Assembly (NCBI GenBank): GCA_041653675.1 | Contig: JBAZEY010000006.1 | Coordinates: 837 to 64,836 of the forward strand | DNA: 64,000 nt | Direction: 5' to 3' | DNA from: Patescibacteria group bacterium | GTDB taxonomy: Bacteria > Patescibacteriota > Patescibacteriia > XYB2-FULL-38-15 | Shown: positions 61,668 through 64,000 of the stretch, piece by piece | How the letters are laid out: each line of letters opens with the position of its first letter | How positions within the stretch are numbered: position 1 is the first letter of the stretch | The notes under the pieces: model-generated | What the model saw: only the letters and a program-made list of their open reading frames with translations | What the model was told of the DNA's origin: nothing | The model's database searches: none | Translations under genes and position numbers: made by a program

Positions 61668-64000
61668 TTATAGTTCTCTCGCTTTTTCAACTTTAAAATT
61701 CCCGTCGGCTTCCAGAATAATTTTATCGCGCCGGCCGACTTGTTTTGTCAAAAGTAAATTGGCCAAACCATCTTCTACTTTTTCTTGAATTACGCGGCGC
61801 AAAGGCCTCGCACCGAAAACCGGATCAAACCCGGCAGCCGCAAGCGCGGCTACTCCTTCGGGGGTAACCTCAAAGATAATTCCGTGTTTATTTTCCAATT
61901 GTTTGGCAATTTTGTCAAGCATCAGGCGGGCGATGGTTTCAATCTCAGTTTCAGTCAATGGTTTATAAACAACTACCCCGTCAAAACGATTTAAAAATTC
62001 TGGCCGGAAATATGGTTTTAATTCTGTGTTTATTAAGCGGTCTTTAATGGCCTCAATTGATAATCCGCCTCTAATCCCCTCTTGAATCGCTGGAGATCCT
62101 GCGTTTGAAGTGGCGATTAAAATAACACTCGTGAAATCAATTGTTCTTCCTTGATTGTCGGTCAAACGGCCGTCGTCCATCACTTGCAAAAAAACATTTA
62201 AAATATCCGGGTGGGCTTTTTCAATTTCATCCAGAAGCAACAATGTGAAAGGATTTTTTCTGATCGCTTCAGTCAAAAATCCTGGGGAATTGCCGGCCGG
62301 CGCGCCAATTAATTTATAAATACTTGCCTGATCCTGGTATTCTGACATATCAAGACGGACCATATTTTCTTCGCTGCCAAAATAAACTTCGGCCACGGTT
62401 TTCGCGGTTTCAGTTTTCCCAACACCGGTCGGCCCCAAAAATAAAAAATTGGCAATCGGCCGTTTGCCTTCGCGAAGTTCGGCCCGAGAACGCCGGAGCG
62501 CCGCCGCCACCATTTTCACGGCTTCGTCTTGGCCGATAACGCGATGATGCATTACTTCTTCCAACCGCAAGAGTTTTTCAGTTTCGCCTTCAGTTACGGC
62601 CGTCACGGGAATTTTTGTTTTTTGCGCCACAACTTCAGCGACGTCCTCGCCGGCAACAACCGCGCCTTCGCCTTTTTTACTATGGGTGTAATGCGCCGAC
62701 TCGCGTAAAATTTCTATGGCTTTTTCCGGCAAAAATCTTTCGTGCAAATATCTGTCGGACAAAGTGACGGCCTTGGAAAGCGCGTCGTAAGAAAAAATAA
62801 CTTTATTTTGATATTCCACGCCGCCAACTTTCGCTTCCAAAATTTGGATTGCTTCGTTTACTTCCGGCTCTTTCACTTCAACTTTTTGTAAAACATTTCC
62901 AAGCGATGATGATTCAATGTGCTTGCTCCAATTCGCCGACGTGGCTGTCGCCAAAACAAAGAAATAACCTTTGGAAAGTTCATCCGCCAAAACGCGCGAA
63001 AGATCAACGCTTTCCTCCGCCCCCGCGGTGATGCCGATTAATCCTTCAATATCTTGGATATAAAGAACAATGTTGCCGGCGCGGGCAATTTCATCGCAAA
63101 TTATCAAAAGCCGTTCCTGGGCTTCGGCCGGAGTCGCTCCCGCCACGAGTTGCCCAACATTTAAACCAATCAATCTTTTATCCTGTAAAATTTTTGGCAC
63201 GTCTTCTTCGAGCATTCTCTCGGCAATGCCTTCAATAATCGTGTTTTTTCCGACGCCGGGGTGGCCGATTAAAATTACACTCTGATGTCCGCCTTCAATA
63301 ATTCTCATTATTTCTTCAGCTTCTTTTTCGCGGTCAACGCAAGGCGCGAGGTACGCGAACTTTGCCATTAAAGTCAGATCCCGGCTGAATTGGTCCAAAT
63401 ACGGCGTGGCCATGGCGGTCATAGCTCGAGACATTGTTCCGCCCGGACGAAGCCTGGCCAATGCCCGCGACTGTTTCCATTTTTTCCGCAAAAGTTCGGA
63501 AATCTTCAGCCATTCCACCACATTTTGAAGTTTAGTTAAATCAACTTCAAGAGAATATAAAACTTCCTGAATTAATTCTTCCGACTCGGCCGTAGACAAA
63601 AGAAGTTCGGCAATGTCAATCTGTTCGCGGCGCGCCTCGTATGCTTTAAAATATGATTCAAAGAAAACTAAAATTCCCGCCGGAGAAATGCGGGGTTCTT
63701 CCCGTTCCGGCAAATCGGGCGGCAGAGAGGAGAGCTGTTTAATAATTTTTTCCTGTAAAGTTTTTAAATTCACTCCGAGCCGCCCGAAAACCACAGCCGA
63801 TTTTCCGGAAAAAAGAAGCGCGCCAAAAATATGGAGCGGCGAAACTTCCGCGTGGCCGAATTTCAACGCCGCTTTCCAGGCGTCAACTAACGCGTGCTCG
63901 GCCTCAAGGCTTAAAGTTTTAGTCACGTTTATTTTTTCTTTTGCCGGCAGCTGCCGAACCGCCGCCCAATCGGTTATTTCCCCGACCGGCGCCGCTTTTA
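61668..64000 (-). CDS. ClpA/B/C-family AAA+ ATPase (5' end likely beyond the window)
   Basis: GHPGVGKN, GPTGVGKT, LLDEIEKAH, GRLTD and FRPEFLNR motifs. Confidence 0.9.
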   Translation of the reverse strand, partial: KAAPVGEITDWAAVRQLPAKEKINVTKTLSLEAEHALVDAWKAALKFGHAEVSPLHIFGALLFSGKSAVVFGRLGVNLKTLQEKIIKQLSSLPPDLPEREEPRISPAGILVFFESYFKAYEARREQIDIAELLLSTAESEELIQEVLYSLEVDLTKLQNVVEWLKISELLRKKWKQSRALARLRPGGTMSRAMTAMATPYLDQFSRDLTLMAKFAYLAPCVDREKEAEEIMRIIEGGHQSVILIGHPGVGKNTIIEGIAERMLEEDVPKILQDKRLIGLNVGQLVAGATPAEAQERLLIICDEIARAGNIVLYIQDIEGLIGITAGAEESVDLSRVLADELSKGYFFVLATATSANWSKHIESSSLGNVLQKVEVKEPEVNEAIQILEAKVGGVEYQNKVIFSYDALSKAVTLSDRYLHERFLPEKAIEILRESAHYTHSKKGEGAVVAGEDVAEVVAQKTKIPVTAVTEGETEKLLRLEEVMHHRVIGQDEAVKMVAAALRRSRAELREGKRPIANFLFLGPTGVGKTETAKTVAEVYFGSEENMVRLDMSEYQDQASIYKLIGAPAGNSPGFLTEAIRKNPFTLLLLDEIEKAHPDILNVFLQVMDDGRLTDNQGRTIDFTSVILIATSNAGSPAIQEGIRGGLSIEAIKDRLINTELKPYFRPEFLNRFDGVVVYKPLTETEIETIARLMLDKIAKQLENKHGIIFEVTPEGVAALAAAGFDPVFGARPLRRVIQEKVEDGLANLLLTKQVGRRDKIILEADGNFKVEKAREL

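Noticed and set aside
1-64000. Prophage or autonomous IS element
   Set aside because: No phage structural genes, integrase or transposase recognised in the window

Overview
Bacterial chromosome segment with the hallmarks of a Patescibacteria/CPR (Parcubacteria/ABY1-like) genome; this assignment is inferred from gene content, not from a marker tree. The backbone is AT-rich, compact and mostly on the minus strand. It carries housekeeping genes (tatD, metG, rsmI, rpoD, dnaG, secA/D/F, murB/C, glyA, folD, dnaB, recR, rplU), tRNA-Asn and tRNA-Ser, an RM-like island beside tRNA-Asn, a MacAB-type exporter and a CsoR-CopA-Dsb copper/redox cluster. An Elp3 gene sits head-to-head with a Trm9-like methyltransferase. 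The most unusual part is a set of GC-rich islets (17.5-18.3, 41.1-41.7, 46.4-47.8 and 55.4-60.4 kb) with their own sigma70-like promoters, purine-rich SD-type ribosome-binding sites and long hairpin terminators. The largest islet is an array of Cys/Asp-rich lipoprotein genes with a constant N-terminus. Three near-identical, multi-hairpin ~160-bp repeats separate them, each starting within a few bases of a stop codon. Other oddities: one ~60-bp element inserted at two different tRNA 3' ends, palindromes inserted in frame in SecA, MurB, MurC and TatD, a 20-aa copy of the SecA N-terminus upstream of secA, and an unassigned structured RNA candidate downstream of secA.
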